Of a DNA stretch of 64,000 nucleotides, positions 1-8,483 are shown in pieces. Made by a program: the position numbers and the translations under genes. The notes beneath the pieces were generated by a model. That model was not told where the DNA came from, ran no database searches, and worked only from the letters and a program-made list of their open reading frames with translations. The DNA comes from Bacteroidota bacterium (GTDB lineage: Bacteria; Bacteroidota; Bacteroidia; AKYH767-A; OLB10): assembly GCA_016717725.1 (NCBI GenBank), contig JADKFA010000002.1, positions 78,226 to 142,225 on the forward strand. Direction: 5' to 3'. The stretch's first letter is position 1, and each line of letters opens with the position of its first letter.

Positions 1-62
1 AGAAAACGGAAACTGAAATTGTTGATTCAATACCTTCAAATCCAGCTAGACCATTAGTATCT

Positions 63-386
63 ATGGAAATTTGGACCCATGAACAAGCGAAATTAGGCCC
101 TGATACCTTTCGTTTAGTAGTGAGTTTTATCAGTATTGGTGCCGGAACGGATCCTGAATCAAAAGCTATTTTAGAGGCTTATGTATATGATTATAAGCTT
201 AAAAACAATAAAGTAGTCTCTTATTTTATGATACCGTGGGGACGAGAAGGGGAAGTGGATTGCTGTTTTACTTTAAATGAGCTAAATGCCTCAGAACAAA
301 ATAATTTCATCGATGGACTGAAAAAAGTGATTCAAGGAAAGGAATTGATTCAGATCAATGAAAATATGAAAAGTCGGTTTAAATAG
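63..386 (+). CDS. hypothetical protein, possibly 5'-partial
   Basis: 107-aa ORF. The frame stays open upstream to nt 3 with no stop, so the gene may begin before the window. No recognisable motif. Confidence 0.35.
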   Translation: MEIWTHEQAKLGPDTFRLVVSFISIGAGTDPESKAILEAYVYDYKLKNNKVVSYFMIPWGREGEVDCCFTLNELNASEQNNFIDGLKKVIQGKELIQINENMKSRFK

Positions 387-408
387 TGATATAACTAAGT
401 TGATTTGA

Positions 409-444
409 CTTGCTATACCACTAGAATTTACCGTAAATTTGTGC
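409..444 (+). promoter_or_regulatory. putative Bacteroidota-type promoter for pckA (-33 TTG region, -7 TAAATTTG)
   Basis: TTGATTTGACTTGC at 409-422 and TAAATTTG (TAnnTTTG) at 436-443, about 14 nt upstream of the pckA ATG at 458. Called by motif match to the known Bacteroidetes sigma-A consensus only. Confidence 0.3.
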
Positions 445-457
445 GATCGAAATAAAT

Positions 458-2074
458 ATGAACGAATACGGATTGAAGAACCCCAATGCATCTGTAGCAG
501 ATCTGGGACTAAAGAACGTTGCGACGGCTTATTGGAATTTATCACCCGCTGAATTAGTGGAAGATACCATCTTACAAGGTATGGGCGAACTAACCGATAC
601 TGGCGCATTAGCCATTGATACCGGTGAATTTACTGGGCGCTCTCCTAAAGATAAGTTTACTGTGTTAGACGCAGAAACGGAAAACACAGTGATGTGGGGT
701 GATATTAATATCAAGTTTGATCCCGCAAAGTTTGATCAAATGTATACACGCATGCAAGCGTATTTAACGAATCGTGAAGTGTATGTGCGCGATGCATATG
801 CATGCGCTGATCAACGTTATCGTTTGAATGTTCGCGTGGTGACCGAATATCCTTGGCAAAATTTATTTGCAAATAATTTATTCTTGCGTCCAACGAATGA
901 AGAAATTGAAACGATTCAACCTGATTGGGTGATCGTAAATGCTCCAGGATTTATGGCGGATCCCGCTATCGATGGAACACGTCAGCATAATTTTGCGATG
1001 ATCAATTTCACGAAGAAAATGATTCTGATTGGTGGAACTGGTTATACCGGTGAAATCAAAAAGGGAATTTTCACGGTGTTGAATTATGTTCTTCCTCAAC
1101 ATAAAGGCGTATTAAGTATGCATTGCTCTGCGAATATCGGAGAGAAAGGCGATACGGCTTTGTTTTTTGGATTATCAGGAACAGGAAAAACAACGTTGAG
1201 TGCTGATCCTCATCGTGGATTGATTGGGGATGATGAACATGGATGGAGCGATGATTCAGTTTTCAATTTTGAAGGCGGATGTTATGCGAAGTGTGTGAAT
1301 CTCTCTGCAGAGAAAGAGCCGCAAATTTTCAACGCTATTCGTTTCGGCTCATTATTAGAAAATATCGAATTTATTCCTGGTTCTACAAAACCCGATTACG
1401 ATAACGTTACGAAAACAGAAAATACCCGTGTAGCTTACCCAATCGATTTTATTGATAATTCGGTGGAGCCTTCTGTAGCTACTCCTCCTAAAAATATTTT
1501 CTTTTTAACATGCGATGCATTTGGTGTGTTGCCTCCCATTAGCCGATTAACCAACGAGCAAGCGATGTATCATTTCATCTCTGGTTATACTGCGAAAGTG
1601 GCAGGTACAGAAATGGGAATTACAGAGCCTACTACAACGTTCTCCGCTTGTTTTGGAAAAGCTTTCTTGCCATTACATCCTGCGAAGTACGCCGAGTTGT
1701 TAGGTAAAAAATTAAAAGATAATCCAGACATTAAAGTTTGGTTGGTGAATACAGGATGGAGTGGTGGATCGTTTGGTGTGGGTTCAAGAATGAAGTTGAG
1801 CTACACACGCTCCATGATTTCTGCTGCGTTGAATGGTGAATTCGACAAAGTGAAATTTGAAGAGATGCCGATCTTCCGTCTGCAAATTCCTACCACTTGT
1901 ACTAATGTTCCAAATGATATCTTGAATCCACGTAAAACATGGAAAGATACCGCAGCCTTCGATCAAACAGCTAGTGACCTAGCTTCAAAGTTTGTTAAAA
2001 ATTTCGCCCAATACGCCGAAGGTTGCAGCGCCGATATTCTTTCTGCCGCCCCCTCTGTGCATGAAGTAGCATAA
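458..2074 (+). CDS. pckA: phosphoenolpyruvate carboxykinase (ATP)
   Basis: 538 aa. Kinase-1a-like GLSGTGKTTLS P-loop, GDDEHGW, the FNFEGGCYAK motif and the C-terminal nucleotide-binding region are typical of ATP-dependent PEPCK. Confidence 0.95.
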   Translation: MNEYGLKNPNASVADLGLKNVATAYWNLSPAELVEDTILQGMGELTDTGALAIDTGEFTGRSPKDKFTVLDAETENTVMWGDINIKFDPAKFDQMYTRMQAYLTNREVYVRDAYACADQRYRLNVRVVTEYPWQNLFANNLFLRPTNEEIETIQPDWVIVNAPGFMADPAIDGTRQHNFAMINFTKKMILIGGTGYTGEIKKGIFTVLNYVLPQHKGVLSMHCSANIGEKGDTALFFGLSGTGKTTLSADPHRGLIGDDEHGWSDDSVFNFEGGCYAKCVNLSAEKEPQIFNAIRFGSLLENIEFIPGSTKPDYDNVTKTENTRVAYPIDFIDNSVEPSVATPPKNIFFLTCDAFGVLPPISRLTNEQAMYHFISGYTAKVAGTEMGITEPTTTFSACFGKAFLPLHPAKYAELLGKKLKDNPDIKVWLVNTGWSGGSFGVGSRMKLSYTRSMISAALNGEFDKVKFEEMPIFRLQIPTTCTNVPNDILNPRKTWKDTAAFDQTASDLASKFVKNFAQYAEGCSADILSAAPSVHEVA

Positions 2075-2331
2075 ATATTGTATTCAAGGTGTGCACGTCA
2101 CATCAATATTATCAAGGGGTCTTTAACCTTTGTACTTGCATATAAAAGATGTAGGCATATGGTGAGTTAGCAATTATTGTTTGTACTTATACAAAAATGT
2201 GGCAGGTGAACTATTAAAATTTCATAATTTTGATTTTTAATGGATTTGATCCAAAAACTATATCTTGTAAAATGTGTAATTTTTTTATTGAGCTTTATTC
2301 ATATATTTGTTAGAACATAATAATTATAATT

Positions 2332-3039
2332 ATGAAAAACCTAATCGTACTATTTATCTTATTTAAGTGCATACCTGCTCTATCTCAGGATGTGCAATTC
2401 AAAGGTATTGGACCTTTTGTGATCGGAGCCAATCTATCTGAAATTCTTGAAAAGGTCGCTCTAACAAATGGGAAGGTTAAATCAGGATTAACTTTTTCAG
2501 ATGTATATTCTTTTCATGCAGAATCAAAGGCAGGCATTATGAAGACAAATTATGATACTACGAGTCTAATGAATGCGCAGTATTGCTATGGCTTTCCTGG
2601 AGAATTAGATTTCACGATCAACAACTATGAAATTGCTGGAATCAAGGTCAGTAAGATTTACCTTATTTTTATTGACTCAATTTTATCCGGATTTGTATGT
2701 AATGTTGATCAAGAACTCAAAGAGGCAATTATGTTAAAATATGGTGATGGCCAATTGGTGAAAAAATTGGATTCCGTTGCATGCCGGTATACATCTTCAG
2801 GCAATATTAAATACGAAAATACTTATTCAGAAACTGCATCTTGGAAACATGATAATGTTACAGTAGAAAGATATAATAGTATTGATTACGATAAAAATTG
2901 TAAAATACGAGGATATCACACTTTGACTATACAGACAAAGGGAATTATGTTGAAACTTTTAAAGTATGAAATGGATCAACGAAAGATTCGAGAAGATAGG
3001 CGGAAAGCTTTGAAAAAAGAAAAGCTGAAGGACTTCTAA
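2332..3039 (+). CDS. hypothetical secreted protein with N-terminal signal peptide
   Basis: 235 aa. Hydrophobic N-terminus MKNLIVLFILFKCIPALSQ. No recognisable catalytic motif. Confidence 0.5.
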   Translation: MKNLIVLFILFKCIPALSQDVQFKGIGPFVIGANLSEILEKVALTNGKVKSGLTFSDVYSFHAESKAGIMKTNYDTTSLMNAQYCYGFPGELDFTINNYEIAGIKVSKIYLIFIDSILSGFVCNVDQELKEAIMLKYGDGQLVKKLDSVACRYTSSGNIKYENTYSETASWKHDNVTVERYNSIDYDKNCKIRGYHTLTIQTKGIMLKLLKYEMDQRKIREDRRKALKKEKLKDF

Positions 3040-3339
3040 CCATAAATAAAGAACAAGAATTGATCAACGGTCAGTTCAGATGAAAGCGTTAAAAAAATTG
3101 TAAGGTCCTTTATAAATGGGAATTATTATTTGTAATTTTAATTAATGTGCTATTTGAAAAATAGTGATTCTATCTAAAATTTTCATTTCTTTTTTCTATT
3201 TTTAGACATTCAAGGTTGCTAGTTTTTATAGCCATTATCCACCTCTGTTCCTGCAACAAAGCGCAGCATCGCGAAACTTCTGGGCGCAGCAATTTACCCA
3301 TGAAGTACAGAACTTCGTTCAGACTTCATAGCGCAGCAA

Positions 3340-3412
3340 TTCACAATCCACCAATCCACCAATCCACCAATTTACCAACTCACCAATTTGCCAATCTGCC
3401 AATTCACTACTT
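3340..3412. repeat. short tandem repeat tract (CCACCAAT x3, then CCAAyTnnCCAA units) immediately upstream of rsmE
   Basis: AATCCACCAATCCACCAATCCACCAATTTACCAACTCACCAATTTGCCAATCTGCCAATTCAC. A related CCAACTTACCAATTTGCCAATTCC tract occurs at 13830-13860. Confidence 0.7.
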
Positions 3413-3419
3413 TCGCTGC

Positions 3420-4112
3420 ATGCATCTCTTCTTCGCTCCCGATTTATCATCTTCCGAATTTTACCTGCCCGACGAGGAGACCCATCACTTCATTCATGTG
3501 CTTCGATTTTCTCAAGGAAAACAAATTGAAGTAACCGATGGAAAGGGTGCACGCGCTTTATGTGAAGCCATTCAAGTATCAAAAAAACAAGTGCTGCTAA
3601 CTGTTTTAGAGAAAGAAAATTTTCCAACTCCCACTCGTAAATTACATGTTGCCATTGCGCCAACAAAAAATATCGATCGCTTCGAGTGGTTTGTAGAAAA
3701 GGCGACGGAGTTGGGTATTGCTGAAATCACACCCCTCATTTGCCGTCACTCCGAACGCAAGACGTTAAAACTAGAACGGATTCAAAAGTTGATGGTCTCC
3801 GCAGCACGCCAATCTCAACATTATTTTTTCCCGCTGGTGAATGCTGAAGTCTCATTCGAGAAGTTTTTGGAATCAATGAATGAAAATAATGATTCAGCTT
3901 TTATTGCTCATTGTGAAGAATCCGAAAAGGTCGAGGCTAGAGAATTAGCTTCTACTATGAATGCTATCGTCTTGATTGGCCCTGAAGGTGATTTCTCCCA
4001 TGAAGAGATTGAAAATGCATTGAAGAAGGGATTTAAGGCATTGTCGCTGGGAAATTCACGCCTCAGAACCGAGACCGCCGGATTAAAAGCCGTAGCTGCC
4101 TTTAATCTTTAA
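3420..4112 (+). CDS. rsmE: 16S rRNA (uracil1498-N3)-methyltransferase RsmE
   Basis: The 3216..4112 ORF carries a 68-codon N-terminal extension that lies inside the repeat tract. The conserved RsmE sequence starts at MHLFFAPDL (ATG 3420). The LIGPEGDFS motif and the C-terminal region are typical of the RsmE/SPOUT family. Confidence 0.8.
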   Translation: MHLFFAPDLSSSEFYLPDEETHHFIHVLRFSQGKQIEVTDGKGARALCEAIQVSKKQVLLTVLEKENFPTPTRKLHVAIAPTKNIDRFEWFVEKATELGIAEITPLICRHSERKTLKLERIQKLMVSAARQSQHYFFPLVNAEVSFEKFLESMNENNDSAFIAHCEESEKVEARELASTMNAIVLIGPEGDFSHEEIENALKKGFKALSLGNSRLRTETAGLKAVAAFNL

Positions 4113-4156
4113 AGTTTCCTCATCCAATAATGGTTCACATTTCTTAGTTTTGTAAG

Positions 4157-4816
4157 ATGATGAAGAAAGTATGGGTTGTATTCGCGGTGATTTTTTTCTC
4201 TTCTTTCACACCAGCTGGATCAAGTATGAAAATCGCACTGTTGAAGTATAGTGGTGGTGGCGATTGGTATGCTAACCTAGATACATCACTAAAAAATTTG
4301 ATTGATTTCTGCAATCGTAATTTGGGAACTACCATCAGTGAAGAGCAAGGCATTGTTGAAGTGGGAAGTCCCGAATTGTTCAATTATCCATTTGTCCACA
4401 TGACTGGACATGGTAACGTAGTTTTTAATACGCAAGAAACTCAAAACTTAAGAAATTATTTAATGGCCGGTGGCTTCTTGCACATCTCCGATAATTATGG
4501 AATGGATAAATTCATCCGACCTCAAATGAAAAAAGTTTTTCCAGAATTGGATTTTGTGGAAATTCCTTTTAATCATCCTATCTATCATCAAAAGTTTGAT
4601 TTCCCAAATGGATTACCAAAAGTACATGAGCACGATGGAACAGATTCACAGGGATTTGGCTTGTTTTATGATGGACGTTTAGTTTGTTTTTATGATTTCG
4701 AATGTGATTTGGGCGATGGTTGGGAAGATCCTGAAGTGCATAAAGATTCTCCCGATGCGCGACAAAAGGCCTTGCGTATGGGAGCAAATATGATTCAATA
4801 TGTGTTTAATAATTAA
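4157..4816 (+). CDS. conserved hypothetical protein (DUF4159-like, from memory) with N-terminal signal/anchor
   Basis: 219 aa. Hydrophobic N-terminus. The family assignment is from memory only. Confidence 0.45.
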   Translation: MMKKVWVVFAVIFFSSFTPAGSSMKIALLKYSGGGDWYANLDTSLKNLIDFCNRNLGTTISEEQGIVEVGSPELFNYPFVHMTGHGNVVFNTQETQNLRNYLMAGGFLHISDNYGMDKFIRPQMKKVFPELDFVEIPFNHPIYHQKFDFPNGLPKVHEHDGTDSQGFGLFYDGRLVCFYDFECDLGDGWEDPEVHKDSPDARQKALRMGANMIQYVFNN

Positions 4817-4830
4817 TAGTGTAAATTAAG

Positions 4831-5094
4831 TTGATCTCTATTAAAAAAATATCATCTTATTTGTTTTTACTGCTTTTCTTGCAGGTGCTTATTCCTGCAT
4901 CATTATGGCATTCCCTCTGTGATCATGATGATTCAATAGATTGTCATGTCTATTCTGAAGTAACAAGTGTTGCTGAACAACATCAACATTGCTTGGTTCT
5001 TGAGTTATCATTACCTGCTATTTTTCATACCGAGAATAAGTATGATTTAAATCCAGTGGCTTTTAATTATTCTCAATTTGTTTTTTTAAAGTAA
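4831..5094 (+). CDS. small hypothetical Cys/His-rich protein with N-terminal hydrophobic segment
   Basis: 87 aa. Motifs CDHDD, DCH and HQHC. Lies just upstream of a TonB-dependent receptor gene. Coding status uncertain. Confidence 0.25.
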   Translation: MISIKKISSYLFLLLFLQVLIPASLWHSLCDHDDSIDCHVYSEVTSVAEQHQHCLVLELSLPAIFHTENKYDLNPVAFNYSQFVFLK

Positions 5095-5226
5095 ATAGTA
5101 TCCAACATCCATTTTTTGAAAGTGATGGTCGTGGTCCTCCAACCATAGTTTAAGTAAGTTTTTTTATGCTGATGGTTTCGGCGTAATTCTCTCTTGTTTC
5201 TTATTTTCTTAATTAAATGGATCAGT

Positions 5227-7566
5227 ATGCATAGAATAATATGCTTGCTTTTATTATTCATTACGATGAATAGTAAAGCACAAACGAATTGTAATTATCG
5301 AATTTCTGGTAAGGTGATGGATGCTGAGTTAAAAGCACCTTTGCCTTTTGCCAAAGTGGAATTATTGTCTTTGGGTAAAACCTCTGTGTGCAATGAGAAT
5401 GGAGAGTTTGTTTTCGATGGATTATGTGCAGGCACGATTGTATTGAAATCGTATTATATCGGATTTGATACACTGATTCAATCCATCTCCCTTGAAAAAA
5501 ATATTGAAGTGAAGTTGTGGTTGATGCCTGCTGCAAAAGAATTGAAGCAAACAGAAATTGTCGCCGAGCATATCGAAGGAAAAAATACGCAACTAAAAGA
5601 TTCGGTTTCCCAAATTGAAATGCGAAAAAGCGCCGGACTAAGTTTGACTTCTTATTTGAAGAATGTAACAGGAGTGACTGGAATGTCTACCGGATCTTCC
5701 ATCGTGAAACCTGTTATCCATGGTATGCATAGCCAACGTGTGATCATTATGAACGCCGGTATTCGACAGGAAGGTCAGCAATGGGGTACCGAACATGCCC
5801 CCGAAATTGATCCCTATGTTGCTAATAAGCTTCAAGTGATTAAAGGTGTTTCTTCTATTCAGTATGGTGCGGATGCTATAGCAGGGGTGATTATTGTTGA
5901 ACCGCGCAAACTTCTACATGAACCCGGCATTCATGCTGAATTGAATTTGGCGGGATTTTCTAACGGCAGGCAAGGTGTCGTTTCTGGATTAGTGGAACAA
6001 CATCTTGGGAAATTTTACGATCTCTGTTGGCGATTGCAAGGAACACTAAAGAAATCGGGCAATGTGAATACGCCCGATGTGTATTTGGAAAATACTGGTT
6101 TTGAAGAGGTGAACTGGAGTGCGAGTTTAGGTTTAGAAAGAAAACGTTTCGGAGTAGAAACTTTCTTTAGTCAATTCAAAACGACTATCGGAATTTTTAG
6201 AGGTGCACATATTGGAAATGTGAGCGACCTTACACGAATAATTCAGTCGGGAGAAATCATAACGGATGATCGCTTTACCTATTCCATTTCAAATCCACGA
6301 CAAGAAATCTTGCATTATTTGTTTTCTACAAAAGCTTGGTGGACCATCACCAATGTTGGAAAGTTGAATTTGTTATATGGATATCAATACAACCAACGGG
6401 TAGAATACGATCGCTTCCGACCATTGAATGATTCCATAGCAGCTTTGAATCGCCCAGAGTTACAGTTGGAATTGTTTACACATACCGCAGATTTGAATTT
6501 GGAGACAAGATATTATAAGGGATTTACAGCGAATATGGGTTTATCAGGAATGATCCAAGATAACCAATACAGCGGTCTACGCTACTTTGTTCCGAACTAT
6601 CTATTTTATAACGGTGGTGCCTATGGGTTAGTGAAGTGGAAAAGAAATAGAGTAGAGGTAGAGTCCGGAATTCGATATGATCGAAAAACAGAATCAGTTT
6701 ATCGTAACATCAACAGTGAAGTAGTTCAAAATGATTATAAATTTAATACACTCGGTTGGTCAGCAGGAATTTTATTTAAGCAAGATTCTGTTTTTTCCTG
6801 GAGATTAAATTCAGGCAGAACCGAACGTACTCCCAGTATCAACGAGTGGTTCAGCAATGGACTCCATCATGGCGCAGCTAGTTTTGAAATTGGTGATACT
6901 ACACTAGGGATGGAAAGAGCCTGGAATATTAATGCTGTGATGAATATTCAAACGAAGCGTTTGGCGATGGAAGTAAATGTTTTTTACATGTATATTCAAG
7001 ATTATATTTATTTAGTGCCTAGCACTAAGTCAGTATTAACGGTGAATGGAGCTTTTCCATCTTATGCCTATCAACATGTGGATGCAGGGTTTAAAGGAAT
7101 TGATTTTTCGTTCAATTGGCAATGCAGTCCCCGACTCAATTTCATTTCTAAAAATAGTTTGGTGTATGCATGGAACTTTACCGCAAAACGCTATTTGGAG
7201 TTGATTCCACCACCTCAATTTGATCAGTTGTTGAGCTATCAGTTTAAGGACACCGAACATCGAAAAGAACAAAGTGTAGGAATATCAGTCTTGCATGTGA
7301 TGAAACAATTCCGTTTCGCGACGGAAAGTGATTTTATTCCACCACCCAAAGCTTATACATTAATTGGATTTGAAGCCACTTCAACATTTGTATTAAAACA
7401 CCAATCATTCATCGTGGGATTATCGGTGAACAATTTGTTGAATACAAAGTATCGTGATTACCTCAACCGCTTCCGTTATTATGCCGATGAGATGGGAAGA
7501 AATATTTCGGTGAAAATAAAAATTCCATTGTCATTTAAAACCGCAGAACATGCACATGAACATTGA
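5227..7566 (+). CDS. TonB-dependent outer-membrane receptor with N-terminal carboxypeptidase-regulatory-like domain
   Basis: The signal peptide MHRIICLLLLFITMNSKAQ makes ATG 5227 more likely than 5194. CarbopepD_reg-like ISGKVMDAE...PLPFAKVEL region, then plug and beta-barrel. The C-terminus is aromatic-rich. Confidence 0.85.
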   Translation: MHRIICLLLLFITMNSKAQTNCNYRISGKVMDAELKAPLPFAKVELLSLGKTSVCNENGEFVFDGLCAGTIVLKSYYIGFDTLIQSISLEKNIEVKLWLMPAAKELKQTEIVAEHIEGKNTQLKDSVSQIEMRKSAGLSLTSYLKNVTGVTGMSTGSSIVKPVIHGMHSQRVIIMNAGIRQEGQQWGTEHAPEIDPYVANKLQVIKGVSSIQYGADAIAGVIIVEPRKLLHEPGIHAELNLAGFSNGRQGVVSGLVEQHLGKFYDLCWRLQGTLKKSGNVNTPDVYLENTGFEEVNWSASLGLERKRFGVETFFSQFKTTIGIFRGAHIGNVSDLTRIIQSGEIITDDRFTYSISNPRQEILHYLFSTKAWWTITNVGKLNLLYGYQYNQRVEYDRFRPLNDSIAALNRPELQLELFTHTADLNLETRYYKGFTANMGLSGMIQDNQYSGLRYFVPNYLFYNGGAYGLVKWKRNRVEVESGIRYDRKTESVYRNINSEVVQNDYKFNTLGWSAGILFKQDSVFSWRLNSGRTERTPSINEWFSNGLHHGAASFEIGDTTLGMERAWNINAVMNIQTKRLAMEVNVFYMYIQDYIYLVPSTKSVLTVNGAFPSYAYQHVDAGFKGIDFSFNWQCSPRLNFISKNSLVYAWNFTAKRYLELIPPPQFDQLLSYQFKDTEHRKEQSVGISVLHVMKQFRFATESDFIPPPKAYTLIGFEATSTFVLKHQSFIVGLSVNNLLNTKYRDYLNRFRYYADEMGRNISVKIKIPLSFKTAEHAHEH

Positions 7567-7605
7567 GAAAATTATTTTATTTTACTATTGTCAAATCGTG
7601 TGTTT

Positions 7606-7808
7606 AGTATCCATTATCGAGTATCGAGTATCCAGTATCGAGTATCCAGTATCGAGTATCCAGTATCGAATATCCAGTATCGAGTATCGAATATCCAGTA
7701 TCGAGTATCCAGTATCGAGTGTCCAGTATCGAGTATCGAGTATCGAGTATCGAGTATCCAGTATCGAGTATCCAGTATCGAGTATCCAGTATCGAGTATC
7801 CAGTATCC
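7606..7808. repeat. heptanucleotide tandem array (AGTATCG/AGTATCC)n, about 29 units
   Basis: Directly visible: gagtatcgagtatccagtatcgagtatccag... with occasional AATATCC or GTGTCC variants. Begins 40 nt after the receptor stop codon. Confidence 0.95.
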
Positions 7809-7872
7809 AATCGCGAAGCCTCGCGACTAAAATCTAAAATCTAATCGCGAAGCCTCGCAACTAAAATCCAAA
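7809..7872. repeat. two copies of a 26-bp hairpin element AATCGCGAAGCCTCGCGACTAAAATC (REP-like)
   Basis: TCGCGA-AGCC-TCGCGA is a stem-loop. The same element recurs at 13667-13732 and 27992-28018. Confidence 0.85.
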
Positions 7873-7875
7873 ATC

Positions 7876-8436
7876 ATGAAAAACCTTAATACCATAAAAC
7901 TAATCGCATCAACAATTCTTCTCATCGGAACAATCAGCAGTTGTAAAAAGGATAAAACCAACGATCCGCAGCCTATTAATCAATCAGAGCTCATTACCAA
8001 GGTTCAATTGGTCTTTGTGGATTCTATTTCTGGTGCAGTAGCTTCTATTTCCACTTTTTCTGATGTAGATGGACCCGGAGGTGTTGCTACACAGGATTCG
8101 ATTCTGCTAAATAGTAATACCACTTATCTCATGAATTTAATTTTGTTGGACGAGACAAAATCTCCTGTTGATACGATCTCAAATGAAGTATTAAACGAAG
8201 GAGATGTCCATTTGTTTGTGTTTAATGCTAATCCTTCTGGTTTCCTAACAACAAATATTACGGATTTAGATGCAAATCTTAAACCTATTGGACTTTCATC
8301 CATCTTAAGAACTTCTGCAGCTGGAGTGGGGACGTATTCAGTAGAATTACGACATTTCACTTCCGAACAAGCGAAAGCAGATAATTTAGTATATGATACC
8401 GATATTTCAATATTATTTAATGTTCGGTTGCAATAA
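7876..8436 (+). CDS. hypothetical lipoprotein
   Basis: 186 aa. Lipoprotein signal LLIGTISSC. Sits downstream of the TonB-dependent receptor and could be a receptor-associated lipoprotein. Confidence 0.5.
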   Translation: MKNLNTIKLIASTILLIGTISSCKKDKTNDPQPINQSELITKVQLVFVDSISGAVASISTFSDVDGPGGVATQDSILLNSNTTYLMNLILLDETKSPVDTISNEVLNEGDVHLFVFNANPSGFLTTNITDLDANLKPIGLSSILRTSAAGVGTYSVELRHFTSEQAKADNLVYDTDISILFNVRLQ

Positions 8437-8483
8437 ATTATTTTGATATAGTTAACTTAGTAAAATAATTTGAATCAATAAAA

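Noticed and set aside
3216-3419. N-terminal 68-codon extension of the rsmE ORF
   Set aside because: The extension is made of the CCACCAAT/CCAAT repeat tract and is low-complexity (HNPPIHQSTNLPTHQFANLPIH). The conserved RsmE sequence starts at MHLFFAP.
7550-7837. ORFs 7550..7837(+), 7588..7830(+) and 7604..7810(-), which translate to SIEYRVS-type heptad peptides
   Set aside because: They lie entirely within the 7-nt tandem array. All three frames on both strands are open only because the unit lacks stop codons. There is no start context or codon bias. They are treated as non-coding.
7606-7872. Possible CRISPR array
   Set aside because: The repeats are 7 nt with no unique spacers. Nothing in the window resembles 25-40-nt direct repeats with variable spacers or cas genes.
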